From positions 3,092-67,091 of the forward strand of contig DASVCO010000183.1 of the NCBI GenBank assembly GCA_036381575.1: 64,000 nucleotides of DNA, written 5' to 3'. Made by a program: the position numbers and the translations under genes. Of this stretch, positions 39,470 to 50,309 are shown piece after piece (position 1 is the stretch's first letter; the number at the start of each line of letters is the position of its first letter). The notes below the pieces were generated by a model. The model saw nothing but the letters and a program-made list of their open reading frames with translations, was not told the origin of the DNA and ran no database searches. The DNA is from Bacillales bacterium. Lineage in GTDB: Bacteria; Bacillota; Bacilli; Bacillales; DASSOY01.

Positions 39470-42400
39470 GTGAATGGAGACGAACAAGCAAAGAGAGAAA
39501 GTTTTCAAATCCTTCTCGATCAAATCAATGCTCCGCAGGATCTGATCGATTCCCATTTTCGGCAGGCGAGTTTGGACAAGCTGATTATTGATACGGGAAG
39601 CCGCAACTGGCACTTTCGAATTCGGATGCCGGCTGTGATGCCGTATGAGGTTTATCAGTGGTTTAAAACACGCCTTGAAGAGACGTTTGCAAATATTGCG
39701 CCCGTCTCTTTTTCGGTTGTTTCGGAAAAAGCAGAGATTTCGGATGCCCTTATAGCCGATTATTGGCCGGCTTTTATTGATCAGTTGTCGGATCTCTCTG
39801 AATCTGTTACCGCACATTTGAAATCGCAGAAACCAAGGCTTGAGGGCTCCAAATTGATTGTGTCGGTCCGCAACGATACAGAAGCTGTGGTGCTTAAACG
39901 AAAATTGTCAGAGCCTCTAAGTCACGGGCTGCAAAATTTCGGCTTGCCGGCTCTGACCTTCGAGACCGAGGTCAAGCAGTCAGAGAGCGATTATGAGAAA
40001 TTTCTCGAGCAAAGGAAAAACGAAGATCGTACGAAAATGGCCGAAGCCGTTATCCAAAAAGAAAAAGCGCAAAAAAAGGCGGAGCAGCAGGAAGCCCCTT
40101 CCGGCCCTGTAGCGGTCGGTTATCCGATTAAAGACGAGCCGGCGCAAATTCAAACCATCACCGAGGAAGAGCGGAAGATCACGATTCAAGGATATGTCTT
40201 TGAAGCTGAAACGCGTGAACTCCGAAGCGGCCGGCTTTTATTAACATTGAAAATAACCGATTACAGCGATTCTTTGCTTGTGAAGATGTTTTCGCGTAAA
40301 GATGAAGATATTCCGAAAATGAAGGCGGTTGAAAAGGGAATCTGGCTGAAAGCCCGCGGCAGTATTCAACACGATACGTTTGTGCGGGATCTGGTCATGG
40401 TTGCAAATGATCTCGAGCAGGTTCCGGGCTGGAAGCGCACCGATGACGCGCCCGAAGGGGAAAAGCGGGTTGAACTCCATTTACATACGCCGATGAGTCA
40501 AATGGATGCTGTTACATCAGCGTCAAGGTTGGTTGAACAAGCGGGCAAATGGGGTCACGAAGCCATTGCCATTACAGATCACGGTGTGGTGCAATCTTTT
40601 CCTGAGGCGCATGCGTCTGGAGAAAAGCACGGTGTAAAAATTTTGTATGGTCTTGAAGCCAATCTCGTGGATGACGGGGTTCCGATTGCCTACAATGAAG
40701 CTCACCGTAAGCTTACGGATGAAAGTTATATTGTATTTGACGTAGAAACAACAGGTTTATCCGCAGTCTATGACAAAATCATTGAACTGGCTGCCGTGAA
40801 GGTGAAAAACGGGGAAATCATCGACCGTTTTGAGCGATTCGCCAATCCTCACCACCCGCTGTCGCAAACAACAATTGATTTGACGGGAATCACCGACGAT
40901 ATGGTGGAGAATGCTCCTGAGATCGAAGAGGTTCTGAAAGACTTTTACGAATTTACCGGTGACGGTATCCTGGTTGCCCACAACGCCAGTTTTGACATGG
41001 GTTTCTTGAATGTCGGGTATAAGAGCATCGGTTTTGACAAAGCTGAGAATCCCGTAGTGGACACACTTGAACTCGGTCGTTTCTTGTTTCCGGAAATGAA
41101 GAATCACCGTCTCGATACGTTATGTAAAAAATTCAAAATCGAATTGACGCAGCATCACCGTGCCATTTATGATGCTGAGGCGACCGGCTACCTTTTGTGG
41201 AAAATGGTTATGGAAACCAAGGAAAAAGGCATTATCTTTCACGATCAGTTGAACGAAAATACCGGGAACGGAGAATTCCGCCGTGTCCGTCCTACCCATT
41301 GCACATTGCTTGCGCAAACACAGGAAGGCCTTCGCAACCTATACAAGCTTGTTTCTGTGGCGCATCTTGATTATTTCCACCGTGTACCGAGGATCCCGCG
41401 ATCCGAGTTAGAGAAATATCGCAAAGGATTGCTTATCGGTTCAGGCTGCAGTGATGGGGAAGTATTTACCGCTGCCATGCAAAAATCGATGGATGAGACG
41501 GAAGAAGTTGCTGATTTTTACGATTTTATCGAGGTTCAACCTCCCGCTAATTATCAGCCGCTTATTGAGAAGGACTTGATTCATAATGAGTCGGCGCTCA
41601 GAGAGATTTTGAAGAAGCTTGTGAAGCTTGGGGAGAAATTGGAGAAACCGGTTGTGGCTACCGGAAATGTTCATTATTTGGACCCAAATGATCATTTGTA
41701 CCGGAAAATATTAATTGCCTCGCAGGGTGGCGCAAATCCTTTGAACCGCCTGGAAAAGATGCCGCAAGTTCATTTTCGGACGACCACCGAGATGTTGGAG
41801 GCTTTCTCGTTTCTAGGAGAAGAAAAGGCGAAAGAAATTGTTGTTGACAACACGCAAAAGATTGCTCGTGAAATAGAGGATATCAAGCCGGTTCAGGAGG
41901 ATTTGTATACACCCAAGATTGAAGGGGCTGAAGAGGAAGTTCGCGAGAAAAGCTTCGGAAGAGCCCGCGATATCTACGGAGACCAGCTTCCCGAGATCGT
42001 GGAAAAGCGTCTCAATAAAGAACTCGAAAGCATTATTGGAAACGGGTTTGCGGTTATTTATTTGATCTCTCACAAACTCGTGAAAAAATCGCTCGAAGAC
42101 GGTTACCTGGTAGGTTCCCGTGGGTCCGTGGGGTCGTCATTGACGGCAATGATGCTTGAGATCACCGAGGTGAACCCATTGCCTCCACACTATGTTTGTC
42201 CGGATTGCAAGCATTCCGAGTTTTATGATGATGGTTCGGTAGGTTCGGGATTTGATTTGGAAGTGAAGAAATGTCCGGAGTGCGGGGCCCAATATATTAA
42301 GGATGGACAGGATATTCCGTTTGAAACTTTTCTCGGTTTTAAAGGAGACAAGGTCCCGGATATCGATCTCAATTTCTCCGGGGATTATCAGCCGCGGGCT

Positions 42401-43777
42401 CACAATTACACGAAAGAATTGTTTGGAGAGGACAAAGTCTACCGGGCTGGTACGATAGGAACGGTCGCCAACAAAACGGCATATGGTTTTGTGCGCGGTT
42501 ATGAAAATGATAACGGATTACATTTCCGCAGTGCTGAAGTGGATCGGCTAACAGCCGGCTGTACGGGTGTGAAACGAACTACGGGACAGCATCCGGGCGG
42601 CATTATTGTAGTCCCTGAGGACATGGATATTTATGATTTCACACCGATTCAATATCCTGCGGATGACCGGAATTCCGAGTGGCGGACGACGCATTTCGAT
42701 TTTCACTCCATCCACGACAATTTATTGAAGCTCGATATTCTCGGACACGATGATCCTACGGTCATCCGGATGCTTCAGGATTTAAGCGGCATTGATCCGA
42801 AGACAATTCCGACGGATGATCCTGAAGTAATGAAGATTTTTGAAGGACCGGATACCCTTGGTGTTACACCGGAACAAATTCTATGTAAAACCGGAACACT
42901 CGGGATTCCTGAATTCGGCACGACCTTTGTGCGCCAAATGCTGGAGGATACGAAGCCGTCGACTTTTTCCGAACTGGTACAAATATCCGGATTGTCTCAC
43001 GGGACTGATGTTTGGCTGAATAACGCCAGTGAATTGATAGCCAACGGGACTTGCGAATTGAAGGACGTGATCGGCTGCCGCGATGACATTATGGTTTATT
43101 TAATGTACAAAGGGCTTGAGCCGTCCCTCGCCTTTAAGATTACTGAGTTCGTCCGGAAGGGCAGAGGGCTGCAAGATGAGTGGATAGAAGAAATGAAAAG
43201 CCATGGTGTGCCCGATTGGTATATTGAATCTTGTAAAAAAATCAAGTATATGTTTCCGAAGGCGCACGCAGCCGCCTACGTATTAATGGCTGTTCGTATT
43301 GCCTATTTCAAGGTTCATCATCCGATTCTGTTTTATGCAGCTTACTTTACGGTTCGGGCCAATGACTTTGATGTTAATATCATGACGCGCGGTTCATCAG
43401 CGATCCGTTCAAAAATCCAGGAGATTCAAGGAAAAGGGCTCGATGCAACGCCGAAAGAGAAAAGTCTGTTGACTGTATTAGAGATAGCATTGGAAATGTG
43501 TGAACGGGGCTTGTCTTTTCAGAAGGTCGATCTGTATCGCTCCCAGGCAGCGGAGTTTATTGTAGACGGCGATTCTTTGATTCCGCCATTTAACGCAGTT
43601 TCCGGACTGGGTACGAATGCTGCATTGAACATTGTCAAAGCACGGAAAGACGGTGAATTTCTGTCGAAAGAAGATTTGCAGAAGCGTTCCCGCCTCTCGA
43701 AGACGGTCGTGGAAGATCTCGATCAGCACGGTTGCCTCGAAGGTTTGCCGGAAGCCAATCAATTATCGTTGTTTTAG
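39470..43777 (+). CDS. polC: DNA polymerase III PolC-type alpha subunit
   Basis: 1435 aa with a GTG start after GGAGGAGG. PHP domain, a DEDDh exonuclease insert (FDVETTGL...HNASFD) and a Cys4 zinc site (CPDC...CPEC). Confidence 0.98.
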   Translation: MNGDEQAKRESFQILLDQINAPQDLIDSHFRQASLDKLIIDTGSRNWHFRIRMPAVMPYEVYQWFKTRLEETFANIAPVSFSVVSEKAEISDALIADYWPAFIDQLSDLSESVTAHLKSQKPRLEGSKLIVSVRNDTEAVVLKRKLSEPLSHGLQNFGLPALTFETEVKQSESDYEKFLEQRKNEDRTKMAEAVIQKEKAQKKAEQQEAPSGPVAVGYPIKDEPAQIQTITEEERKITIQGYVFEAETRELRSGRLLLTLKITDYSDSLLVKMFSRKDEDIPKMKAVEKGIWLKARGSIQHDTFVRDLVMVANDLEQVPGWKRTDDAPEGEKRVELHLHTPMSQMDAVTSASRLVEQAGKWGHEAIAITDHGVVQSFPEAHASGEKHGVKILYGLEANLVDDGVPIAYNEAHRKLTDESYIVFDVETTGLSAVYDKIIELAAVKVKNGEIIDRFERFANPHHPLSQTTIDLTGITDDMVENAPEIEEVLKDFYEFTGDGILVAHNASFDMGFLNVGYKSIGFDKAENPVVDTLELGRFLFPEMKNHRLDTLCKKFKIELTQHHRAIYDAEATGYLLWKMVMETKEKGIIFHDQLNENTGNGEFRRVRPTHCTLLAQTQEGLRNLYKLVSVAHLDYFHRVPRIPRSELEKYRKGLLIGSGCSDGEVFTAAMQKSMDETEEVADFYDFIEVQPPANYQPLIEKDLIHNESALREILKKLVKLGEKLEKPVVATGNVHYLDPNDHLYRKILIASQGGANPLNRLEKMPQVHFRTTTEMLEAFSFLGEEKAKEIVVDNTQKIAREIEDIKPVQEDLYTPKIEGAEEEVREKSFGRARDIYGDQLPEIVEKRLNKELESIIGNGFAVIYLISHKLVKKSLEDGYLVGSRGSVGSSLTAMMLEITEVNPLPPHYVCPDCKHSEFYDDGSVGSGFDLEVKKCPECGAQYIKDGQDIPFETFLGFKGDKVPDIDLNFSGDYQPRAHNYTKELFGEDKVYRAGTIGTVANKTAYGFVRGYENDNGLHFRSAEVDRLTAGCTGVKRTTGQHPGGIIVVPEDMDIYDFTPIQYPADDRNSEWRTTHFDFHSIHDNLLKLDILGHDDPTVIRMLQDLSGIDPKTIPTDDPEVMKIFEGPDTLGVTPEQILCKTGTLGIPEFGTTFVRQMLEDTKPSTFSELVQISGLSHGTDVWLNNASELIANGTCELKDVIGCRDDIMVYLMYKGLEPSLAFKITEFVRKGRGLQDEWIEEMKSHGVPDWYIESCKKIKYMFPKAHAAAYVLMAVRIAYFKVHHPILFYAAYFTVRANDFDVNIMTRGSSAIRSKIQEIQGKGLDATPKEKSLLTVLEIALEMCERGLSFQKVDLYRSQAAEFIVDGDSLIPPFNAVSGLGTNAALNIVKARKDGEFLSKEDLQKRSRLSKTVVEDLDQHGCLEGLPEANQLSLF

Positions 43778-43828
43778 ATTAAGGGAGCATAAGATCACGG
43801 TCTCCCGGCCCTTAGAAAGCCGTCACAT

Positions 43829-43857
43829 TTGCTTTGGTAAATTGAGTATGATATATT
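43829..43857 (+). promoter_or_regulatory. Candidate sigA promoter of the rimP-nusA-infB operon
   Basis: TTGCTT (43829-43834), a 17-nt spacer, then TATATT (43852-43857) preceded by TGA (extended -10). Confidence 0.6.
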
Positions 43858-43891
43858 AATTGTGGCTATACTAGTGAATAGGTTCGTGCGC

Positions 43892-43925
43892 AAAGAGTGG
43901 GTTTTTCCCACTCTTTCATTTTCGT
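43892..43925 (+). terminator. Intrinsic terminator inside the rimP-nusA leader (attenuator)
   Basis: AAAGAGTGGG (43892-43901), loop TTTTT, CCCACTCTTT (43907-43916), then the interrupted T-tract CATTTTCGTTT. It lies between the promoter and the rimP start at 44011. Confidence 0.6.
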
Positions 43926-44010
43926 TTACGAAGCATCCAGACGGTTTCGATTCCATTGAACATCGTTTTAAGGCATTTCGTGTGATAAAGAAAGGAGGCC
44001 AACGCAGGCG

Positions 44011-44484
44011 ATGAGTGAAAGTGTAAAGGATGTTACGGAAGAATTGGCAACACCGATTGTCGATGAGATGAATCTTGAACTCGTCGATGTGGAATTCGTC
44101 AAAGAAGGAGAAAACTGGTATTTGCGGATCTACATTGATTCAGACAGCGGTGTTGATCTTGATGAATGCACGGAGGTCAGCGAGAAATTAAGCCAGAAAC
44201 TTGATGAACGTAATCTGATTTCACAAGCATATTTTCTGGAAGTTTCCTCACCTGGTGCCGAGCGCCCTTTGAAAAAGGACAAAGATTTCCGGGAAGCCAT
44301 CGGAAAACAGGTTCGCATTACAACCTATACGAAAATTGATGGAGAAAAGGCGTTTGAAGGAGAGCTTGTCGGTTTTGACGGCGACCATTTGCGATTGGCC
44401 GTCCAACGGAAAACGAGGAAACAGCAAGTGGAAATTCCGTTCGAAAAAGTTGCGAGTGCCAGGCTCGCCGTTGTTTTTCATTAA
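44011..44484 (+). CDS. rimP: Ribosome maturation factor RimP (YlxS)
   Basis: 157 aa with [22 protein letters not shown] and [12 protein letters not shown] motifs. Confidence 0.95.
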   Translation: MSESVKDVTEELATPIVDEMNLELVDVEFVKEGENWYLRIYIDSDSGVDLDECTEVSEKLSQKLDERNLISQAYFLEVSSPGAERPLKKDKDFREAIGKQVRITTYTKIDGEKAFEGELVGFDGDHLRLAVQRKTRKQQVEIPFEKVASARLAVVFH

Positions 44485-44613
44485 AATCAAACCCTTCCGC
44501 CAATCGCTGTTATCAAGAAACCGTTAGTTAACGGTGTGGCAAAGGCAGAATGGCGACCGGTTTTTTCCGGAAGGGGCACTAGCTTTTCTTAATAAAGGGG
44601 AGAATGAATCAAA

Positions 44614-45891
44614 ATGAGCAGTGATCTGTTGGAAGCCCTCACCTCCATCGAAAAAGAAAAGGGCATCAGCAAGGACGTGATTTTGGAAGCACTTGAAGCT
44701 GCGCTGATTTCAGCGTATAAGCGCAATTTCCATCAGGCGCAAAACGTCCGTGTCAATATCAATGAAGAAACGGGCAAGATCGAGGTGTTCGCCCGCAAAG
44801 AGATTGTCGAAGAAGTAGCGGATTCCTTACAGGAAATTTCTCTTGAAGAAGCTCAGAAAATCAGCCCGCAATATGAAACAGGCGACATTGTCGAGGTCGA
44901 GGTAACACCGAGAAATTTTGGCCGCATCGCTGCGCAAACGGCCAAACAGGTCGTCACTCAACGTGTCAGAGAAGCTGAGCGAGGCATTATTTATTCCGAG
45001 TTTATCGACCGCGAAGACGATATTATGACCGGTATTGTCCAGCGACAGGATCATCGTTTTATTTATGTTGATCTTGGGAGAATTGAGGCGCTTCTGCCTT
45101 CTGGGGAACAAATGCCGAATGAAACATATCGTCAGCATGACCGCATTAAGGTGTACTTAACTGATGTTGAAAGAACCACGAAAGGGCCTCAGGTGATGGT
45201 CTCGAGGACTCATCCAGGGTTGTTGAAGCGTCTCTTTGAACTTGAGGTTCCGGAAATCTACGACGGAACGGTCGAGATCAAGTCGATTTCCAGGGAAGCC
45301 GGCGACCGTTCGAAAATCGCTGTACACGCTGAAGATCCTGAGGTTGATCCGGTCGGTTCTTGTGTTGGCCATAAGGGGACACGGGTGCAGGCGATTGTCA
45401 ACGAGTTGAAAGGGGAAAAAATCGACATTGTCCGTTGGTCGGAAGATCCTGTGGAATATGTGGCCAATGCCTTGAGCCCTTCGAAGGTTATTGAGGTTCA
45501 AGTCGATGAAGAAGAGAAAACGACCCAGGTCATCGTTCCGGATTATCAACTTTCACTCGCTATTGGCAAAAGAGGGCAAAATGCCCGGTTGGCAGCAAAA
45601 CTGACCGGATGGAAAATCGATATCAAGAGTGAGTCGGAAGCTGAGGAATTGGGCTTGTTGGATGATGATCCTGAATACGAGGAGGAAGCGGATTTCGTTG
45701 AGGATGATTATGAAGGCGAGTACGAAGAGGACGATGAATATTTGGATGGCGATGAATATGAAGCCGATGGTGAGTATTACGACGGAGACGGTGATGAGTA
45801 CGAAGAGGATTATGACGATGAGGAATATGAAGGAGAAGATGATTCGGAATTGACAGAGGATGAAGAAATCAATTCCGGGGAAAAAGCGTAG
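44614..45891 (+). CDS. nusA: Transcription termination/antitermination factor NusA with an extended acidic C-terminal tail
   Basis: 425 aa. The N-terminal domain, S1 and KH1/KH2 are conserved (GSCVGHKGTRVQAIVNELKGEKIDIV; AIGKRGQNARLAAKLTGWKIDIKS). The last 76 aa are D/E/Y-rich. Confidence 0.96.
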   Translation: MSSDLLEALTSIEKEKGISKDVILEALEAALISAYKRNFHQAQNVRVNINEETGKIEVFARKEIVEEVADSLQEISLEEAQKISPQYETGDIVEVEVTPRNFGRIAAQTAKQVVTQRVREAERGIIYSEFIDREDDIMTGIVQRQDHRFIYVDLGRIEALLPSGEQMPNETYRQHDRIKVYLTDVERTTKGPQVMVSRTHPGLLKRLFELEVPEIYDGTVEIKSISREAGDRSKIAVHAEDPEVDPVGSCVGHKGTRVQAIVNELKGEKIDIVRWSEDPVEYVANALSPSKVIEVQVDEEEKTTQVIVPDYQLSLAIGKRGQNARLAAKLTGWKIDIKSESEAEELGLLDDDPEYEEEADFVEDDYEGEYEEDDEYLDGDEYEADGEYYDGDGDEYEEDYDDEEYEGEDDSELTEDEEINSGEKA

Positions 45892-45909
45892 TAAAGGAGC
45901 GTAGGGGAC

Positions 45910-46185
45910 ATGAAGAAAAAAAGGATTCCAATGAGGAAATGTGTCGCCACGCAAGAAATGAGGCCGAAAAAAGAGCTTTTTCGAATCGTCCGCACGCCGG
46001 AAGGGGAGGTTCTTTATGATCCAATTGGCAAAAAGTCCGGCCGCGGGACGTATCTGAGTAAAGACAGGGAAGCGATTGAACGTGCCAAGAAAGGCAATGT
46101 TCTGGCAAAGCATTTAAATGCGAAGGTAACTGACGACATTTATGATGAATTGCTGGAGATTGTTGAAAAGGAACAGCGTGCATGA
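45910..46185 (+). CDS. ylxR: YlxR/RnpM family RNA-binding protein (DUF448)
   Basis: 91 aa with RKCVATQEMRPKKELFRIVRTPEG...GRGTYL motifs. Confidence 0.9.
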   Translation: MKKKRIPMRKCVATQEMRPKKELFRIVRTPEGEVLYDPIGKKSGRGTYLSKDREAIERAKKGNVLAKHLNAKVTDDIYDELLEIVEKEQRA

Positions 46186-46487
46186 GGCCCGCACCCTGGT
46201 TTTCACTCGTCGGTCTTGCCTTTCGAGCGGGAAAAGTTGTTTCCGGGGAAGACTCGGTTTTGTCCGCGGTTCGCGGAGGGAAAGCGAAATGTGTTCTTCT
46301 CGCCGGAGATGCTTCTGAACGAACAAAGGATACATGGGAGAACAAATGCGATTATTACGGTGTGCCGTTACGCATTATCGCCGACCGGTATGAGCTCGGG
46401 AGAGCGATGGGGAAAGCGCACCGAGTCGTTGCAGCGGTCAACGATCAAGGATTTTCGAAGAAGCTGATCGCCTTGCTTGATCAATAA
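46182..46487 (+). CDS. ylxQ: L7Ae-family RNA-binding protein YlxQ
   Basis: 101 aa with LVGLAFRAGKVVSGEDSVL and KAKCVLLAGDAS motifs. ATGA-coupled to ylxR. Confidence 0.88.
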   Translation: MRPAPWFSLVGLAFRAGKVVSGEDSVLSAVRGGKAKCVLLAGDASERTKDTWENKCDYYGVPLRIIADRYELGRAMGKAHRVVAAVNDQGFSKKLIALLDQ

Positions 46488-46500
46488 CGGGGGTGAATGA

Positions 46501-48891
46501 ATGACTAAGAAACGAATTTATGAGTATGCGAGAGAAAAGAATTTAAGTAGCAAAGATGTCATTGATAAGTTGAAGAAGCTTGGGATTACGGTTTCAAGCC
46601 ATATGTCTGTCGTGGATGACCAGATGATTGAGAAACTTGAAGGGAAATCGGAAAGAAGCGCTAAACCGGAAAAAAGCAGCCAGGGACGCCAGAAACCGGA
46701 AGGCCGCAATTCGGATAGGCAGCGGCAGCGGAGACCGCGCCCGAGATCCGGATCGGAACAAGGACAAATGCGGAAATCCGAATCAAGCCAGGGGCAGAGA
46801 ACAAGACCATCTGGGGCAGACGCTGATCAGAGCCGTAAACCCCGCCGTTCGCCGCGCCCTGGTACGGAGCAAGAACGCAGAAGGCCGAATCAGGGCTCGC
46901 AGCAAGGCCAGGGATCAAGGCCGGCGAAATCGAATTCCGGCCAGGGAAGGGTTTCCCAGAATGGAAATCCGAAATCCGATCAACAAGGGGGCCAGCGGCG
47001 GCCCAGACCAGGAGCAGACCGGGATCGGGGGTCAAGACCGCCAAGGCAAGGAAAGCGCAGAGGTGGAAACCGAAACAAGCGTTTTAACCGTAATCAAAAC
47101 GGAAGACAGTCGAAACCCGCTCCACAGCCGATTCCGGTTCCTGAAAAAATTACAATTAACGGAACTCTGACAGTGGCCGGACTTGCGGAGAAATTAGGCA
47201 AGTCTTCTTCGGAAATTATCAAGAAATTGATGCAGCTTGGTGTGATGGCAACAAAGAATCAGGAACTGACCAAGGATTCAATTGAGTTGATCGCCGGAGA
47301 ATACGGATCAACTGTTGAGGAAGAAGAACAAATTGACGAGACCGATCTGGATCTTTATGATATCGAAGATAATGAAGAATCACTGCAATTGAGAGCACCG
47401 GTTGTTACGATGATGGGACACGTCGATCATGGCAAAACCACCTTGCTTGACGCCATTCGGCATACTAAAGTCACTTCGGGAGAAGCTGGAGGAATCACCC
47501 AGCATATCGGAGCTTATCAAATCGAGGAAAATGATAAGAAAATCACCTTCCTGGATACACCGGGCCACGCCGCTTTTACGACTATGAGAGCTCGCGGTGC
47601 ACAGGTAACCGACATTACGATTCTTGTAGTGGCTGCGGATGATGGTGTTATGCCGCAAACTGTTGAAGCCATTAACCATGCGAAAGCAGCCAAGGTGCCT
47701 ATTATTGTAGCTGTTAACAAGATGGATACAGAAGGGGCCAATCCTGACCGGGTTATGCAGGAGTTGTCAGAGCACGGTCTGATCCCGGAGGATTGGGGCG
47801 GTGATACGATCTTTGTCAGACTGTCGGCCCTTAGTGGTGAAGGCATTGATGAATTGGTAGAAATGATATTGTTGGTCGCCGAGGTAGAAGAATATAAGGC
47901 GAACCCTGATCGTTTGGCTGTAGGAACTGTAATTGAGGCGGAGCTGGACAAAGGTCGTGGTCCGGTAGCCACGCTGTTGGTCCAAAAAGGAACACTCCGT
48001 GTGAGTGACTCTCTTGTTGTAGGGCATACTTTCGGGCGTGTGCGGGCTATGGTTAACGAACACGGCCGCCGTGTGAACATTGCGGAACCTTCAACACCGG
48101 TTGAAATCACCGGATTAAACGACGTTCCGCAGGCGGGAGATCGTTTCATCGTTTTTGAGGATGAGAAGAAAGCACGCCATATTGGAGAAGCCCGGGCCAA
48201 ACAACAGGTGGAAAGTGAACGGAATGAAACGTCGAAAGTCAGCCTTGATGATTTGTTTGATAAGATCCGAGAGGGAGATCTAAAGGAAATCAACGTTATT
48301 GTCAAAGCTGATGTGCAAGGTTCAGTTGAAGCTCTGGCCGGTTCGCTGAAGAAGATTGATGTTGAAGGTGCAAAATTGAACGTCATTCATACGGGCGCCG
48401 GTGCGATTACGGAATCCGATATTATTCTGGCGTCTGCATCGGACGCGATTATCGTCGGCTTTAACGTTCGTCCTGATAACAATGCCAGAAAAGCAGCGGA
48501 AAGCGAGAAAGTTGATATACGCCTTTATCGTGTCATTTACGATGCCATCGAAGAAATCGAAAGTGCGATGAAGGGAATGCTTGATCCCGAATATGAAGAG
48601 AAGGTTATCGGGCAAGCGGAAGTCCGTACAACGTTCAAGGTTTCGAAAATCGGTACAATTGCCGGTTCCTATGTTACGGACGGCAAGATTACAAGAGATT
48701 CGAAGGTCCGCCTGATTCGTGACGGTGTCGTGATCCATGAAGGGGACATTGATTCACTGAAGCGGTTCAAAAACGATGCAAAAGAAGTCAGTGCCGGGTA
48801 CGAATGTGGAATCACACTTGACAAATTTAATGATATTAAAGAGGGAGATACAATGGAAGCCTATATTATGGCGGAGAAACAACGGGCCTGA
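46501..48891 (+). CDS. infB: Translation initiation factor IF-2
   Basis: 796 aa with a low-complexity R/Q/G/S/P N-terminal region and a GTPase domain ([21 protein letters not shown]). Confidence 0.98.
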   Translation: MTKKRIYEYAREKNLSSKDVIDKLKKLGITVSSHMSVVDDQMIEKLEGKSERSAKPEKSSQGRQKPEGRNSDRQRQRRPRPRSGSEQGQMRKSESSQGQRTRPSGADADQSRKPRRSPRPGTEQERRRPNQGSQQGQGSRPAKSNSGQGRVSQNGNPKSDQQGGQRRPRPGADRDRGSRPPRQGKRRGGNRNKRFNRNQNGRQSKPAPQPIPVPEKITINGTLTVAGLAEKLGKSSSEIIKKLMQLGVMATKNQELTKDSIELIAGEYGSTVEEEEQIDETDLDLYDIEDNEESLQLRAPVVTMMGHVDHGKTTLLDAIRHTKVTSGEAGGITQHIGAYQIEENDKKITFLDTPGHAAFTTMRARGAQVTDITILVVAADDGVMPQTVEAINHAKAAKVPIIVAVNKMDTEGANPDRVMQELSEHGLIPEDWGGDTIFVRLSALSGEGIDELVEMILLVAEVEEYKANPDRLAVGTVIEAELDKGRGPVATLLVQKGTLRVSDSLVVGHTFGRVRAMVNEHGRRVNIAEPSTPVEITGLNDVPQAGDRFIVFEDEKKARHIGEARAKQQVESERNETSKVSLDDLFDKIREGDLKEINVIVKADVQGSVEALAGSLKKIDVEGAKLNVIHTGAGAITESDIILASASDAIIVGFNVRPDNNARKAAESEKVDIRLYRVIYDAIEEIESAMKGMLDPEYEEKVIGQAEVRTTFKVSKIGTIAGSYVTDGKITRDSKVRLIRDGVVIHEGDIDSLKRFKNDAKEVSAGYECGITLDKFNDIKEGDTMEAYIMAEKQRA

Positions 48892-48964
48892 TCCCAGGCC
48901 TCCGCGATATAGTCTTCCCCCGAGACTTATTTGGGTCTGATCTCTGGAAAGTGAGGTGCTTCAA

Positions 48965-49318
48965 GTGAGCAACTTGCGTGCCAATCGTGTCGCGGAACAA
49001 ATGAAGAAAGAACTTGGCGACATTATCGGGAGGAAACTTAAGGATCCTCGTATTGGATTTGTTACGGTTACAGATGTTGAAGTGACAGGAGATCTCCAAC
49101 TGGCAAAAGTGTATATCACTGTGCTGGGGGATGAGGATAAAAAGGAAAAAACACTCGACGGGCTTGAAAAAGCAAAAGGATTCATCCGCAGTGAAGTCGG
49201 GAACCGCATCCGCCTGCGAAAAACGCCTGAACTTGAATTCCGTTGGGACCATTCGTTTGAGCATGGATCCCGAATCGATGAATTGTTACAGGATCTCCAT
49301 AACAAAGAAGATCGGTAA
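48965..49318 (+). CDS. rbfA: Ribosome-binding factor A
   Basis: 117 aa from GTG 48965 (SD GAGGTG 6 nt upstream). [17 protein letters not shown] and [19 protein letters not shown] motifs. Confidence 0.94.
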   Translation: MSNLRANRVAEQMKKELGDIIGRKLKDPRIGFVTVTDVEVTGDLQLAKVYITVLGDEDKKEKTLDGLEKAKGFIRSEVGNRIRLRKTPELEFRWDHSFEHGSRIDELLQDLHNKEDR

Positions 49319-49346
49319 AGGATAGGCAGAATTGTCTATCCTTTTC
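49318..49346 (+). terminator. Hairpin plus short T-run after rbfA
   Basis: AAGGATAGGCA pairs with TGTCTATCCTT (one G-T pair, GAAT loop), followed by TTTC. Confidence 0.55.
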
Positions 49347-49371
49347 ATTGTGTGTCAGGAGGATTTATAAT

Positions 49372-50274
49372 ATGGATGGAATCTTGCCGTTGTACAAGCC
49401 AAACGGGATGACATCCCACGATTGCGTGGACAAGGTCCGAAAGTTAACCCGGCAACGAAGAATCGGCCATACCGGTACGCTTGACCCGGGGGCTGAAGGT
49501 GTTTTGCCGCTTTGTCTCGGAAAAGCGACAAAGGTTGTCCAATATATGGCGGAAGACGAGAAAGAGTATGAGGCTGAAATCACGCTCGGGATGGCAACGA
49601 CAACTGAAGATCGTGATGGAGAAGTGATTTCTGAAAAGCCGGTCGAGCGTCCTTTGGAACGAAAAGAAATGATAGCAGCTCTTGAAAAGTGGACAGGGCC
49701 GGTTGAACAGGTACCTCCAATGTATTCAGCGGTCAAGGTTAAAGGAAAGCGTCTTTACGAATATGCGCGGGAAGGGCTCGAAATAGAACGTCCAAAAAGG
49801 CAGGTCAGGATCTATGAACTAAAGTTATTGGATTCGCATGAAACTTTTCATGGGGAGTTCCCTGTTTTTCGTGTGCGGGTCCGGTGTAGTAAAGGGACCT
49901 ATATTCGGACATTGGCTGTCAATATCGGCCAAGAACTTGGTTATCCGGCCCACATGTCGGCTTTGCTTCGCACGATATCCGGAAATTTCAGCCTTGCGGA
50001 CTGTTTGACTTTGGAGCAGATTGAGAAAATGGTTGAGAAGCGAGAGTTGGAAGATCAATTATTTCCCATTGATAAAGCTATCTCCTCTTTGCCGAAGATG
50101 ACAGTAAACGAAAGCGTTGAGGCAAAGGTAAGAAACGGTGCTGTTCTTCCTCTTCCCTCGGGAATGGCAGAAAAGACTTTTACTGTTTATAATGAGGAAG
50201 GGCATTTGCTTGCTGTTTACGAGGAACATCCGGCTAAACCGGGGCTTATGAAGCCCCAAAAAGTTTTTTCTTAA
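49372..50274 (+). CDS. truB: tRNA pseudouridine-55 synthase TruB
   Basis: 300 aa from ATG 49372 (SD AGGAGG). GILPLYKPNGMTSHD and the catalytic GHTGTLDP motif. Confidence 0.96.
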   Translation: MDGILPLYKPNGMTSHDCVDKVRKLTRQRRIGHTGTLDPGAEGVLPLCLGKATKVVQYMAEDEKEYEAEITLGMATTTEDRDGEVISEKPVERPLERKEMIAALEKWTGPVEQVPPMYSAVKVKGKRLYEYAREGLEIERPKRQVRIYELKLLDSHETFHGEFPVFRVRVRCSKGTYIRTLAVNIGQELGYPAHMSALLRTISGNFSLADCLTLEQIEKMVEKRELEDQLFPIDKAISSLPKMTVNESVEAKVRNGAVLPLPSGMAEKTFTVYNEEGHLLAVYEEHPAKPGLMKPQKVFS

Positions 50275-50309
50275 ATGATTTTTACATGATCTTATCAACA
50301 GAAGGTGAA

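Noticed and set aside
43943-43954. A T-loop-like GGTTTCGATTCC motif in the rimP leader, suggestive of a tRNA.
   Set aside because: It has one base too many relative to GGTTCGAATCC. No acceptor, D or anticodon stems can be built around it.
46640-47130. Highly repetitive R/Q/G/S/P-rich coding sequence at the 5' end of infB. Similar cases are the Q/P-rich start of tepA (63540-63640) and the Q/S/K-rich linker in fliY (16190-16330).
   Set aside because: Low-complexity linkers and N-terminal regions are normal for IF2, TepA and FliY. There is no nucleotide-level tandem repeat unit and no sign of a mobile or CRISPR-like structure.
46628-47170. 180-aa alternative-frame plus-strand ORF inside infB.
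   Set aside because: It falls in the purine-rich, low-complexity region encoding the R/Q/G/S/P-rich IF2 N-terminus, where off-frames stay open by composition. It has no SD and its translation resembles nothing I recognise.
47517-48386. Long minus-strand ORFs: 289 aa here, plus 45553-46113, 45869-46345, 25768-26313, 5488-6036, 20807-21265, 52247-52738 and others.
   Set aside because: Every one lies antisense to a well-supported, conserved plus-strand gene (infB, nusA/ylxR, cheA, fliF, flhA, pnp). They have no SD and give low-complexity or hydrophobic junk translations. They are typical shadow ORFs.
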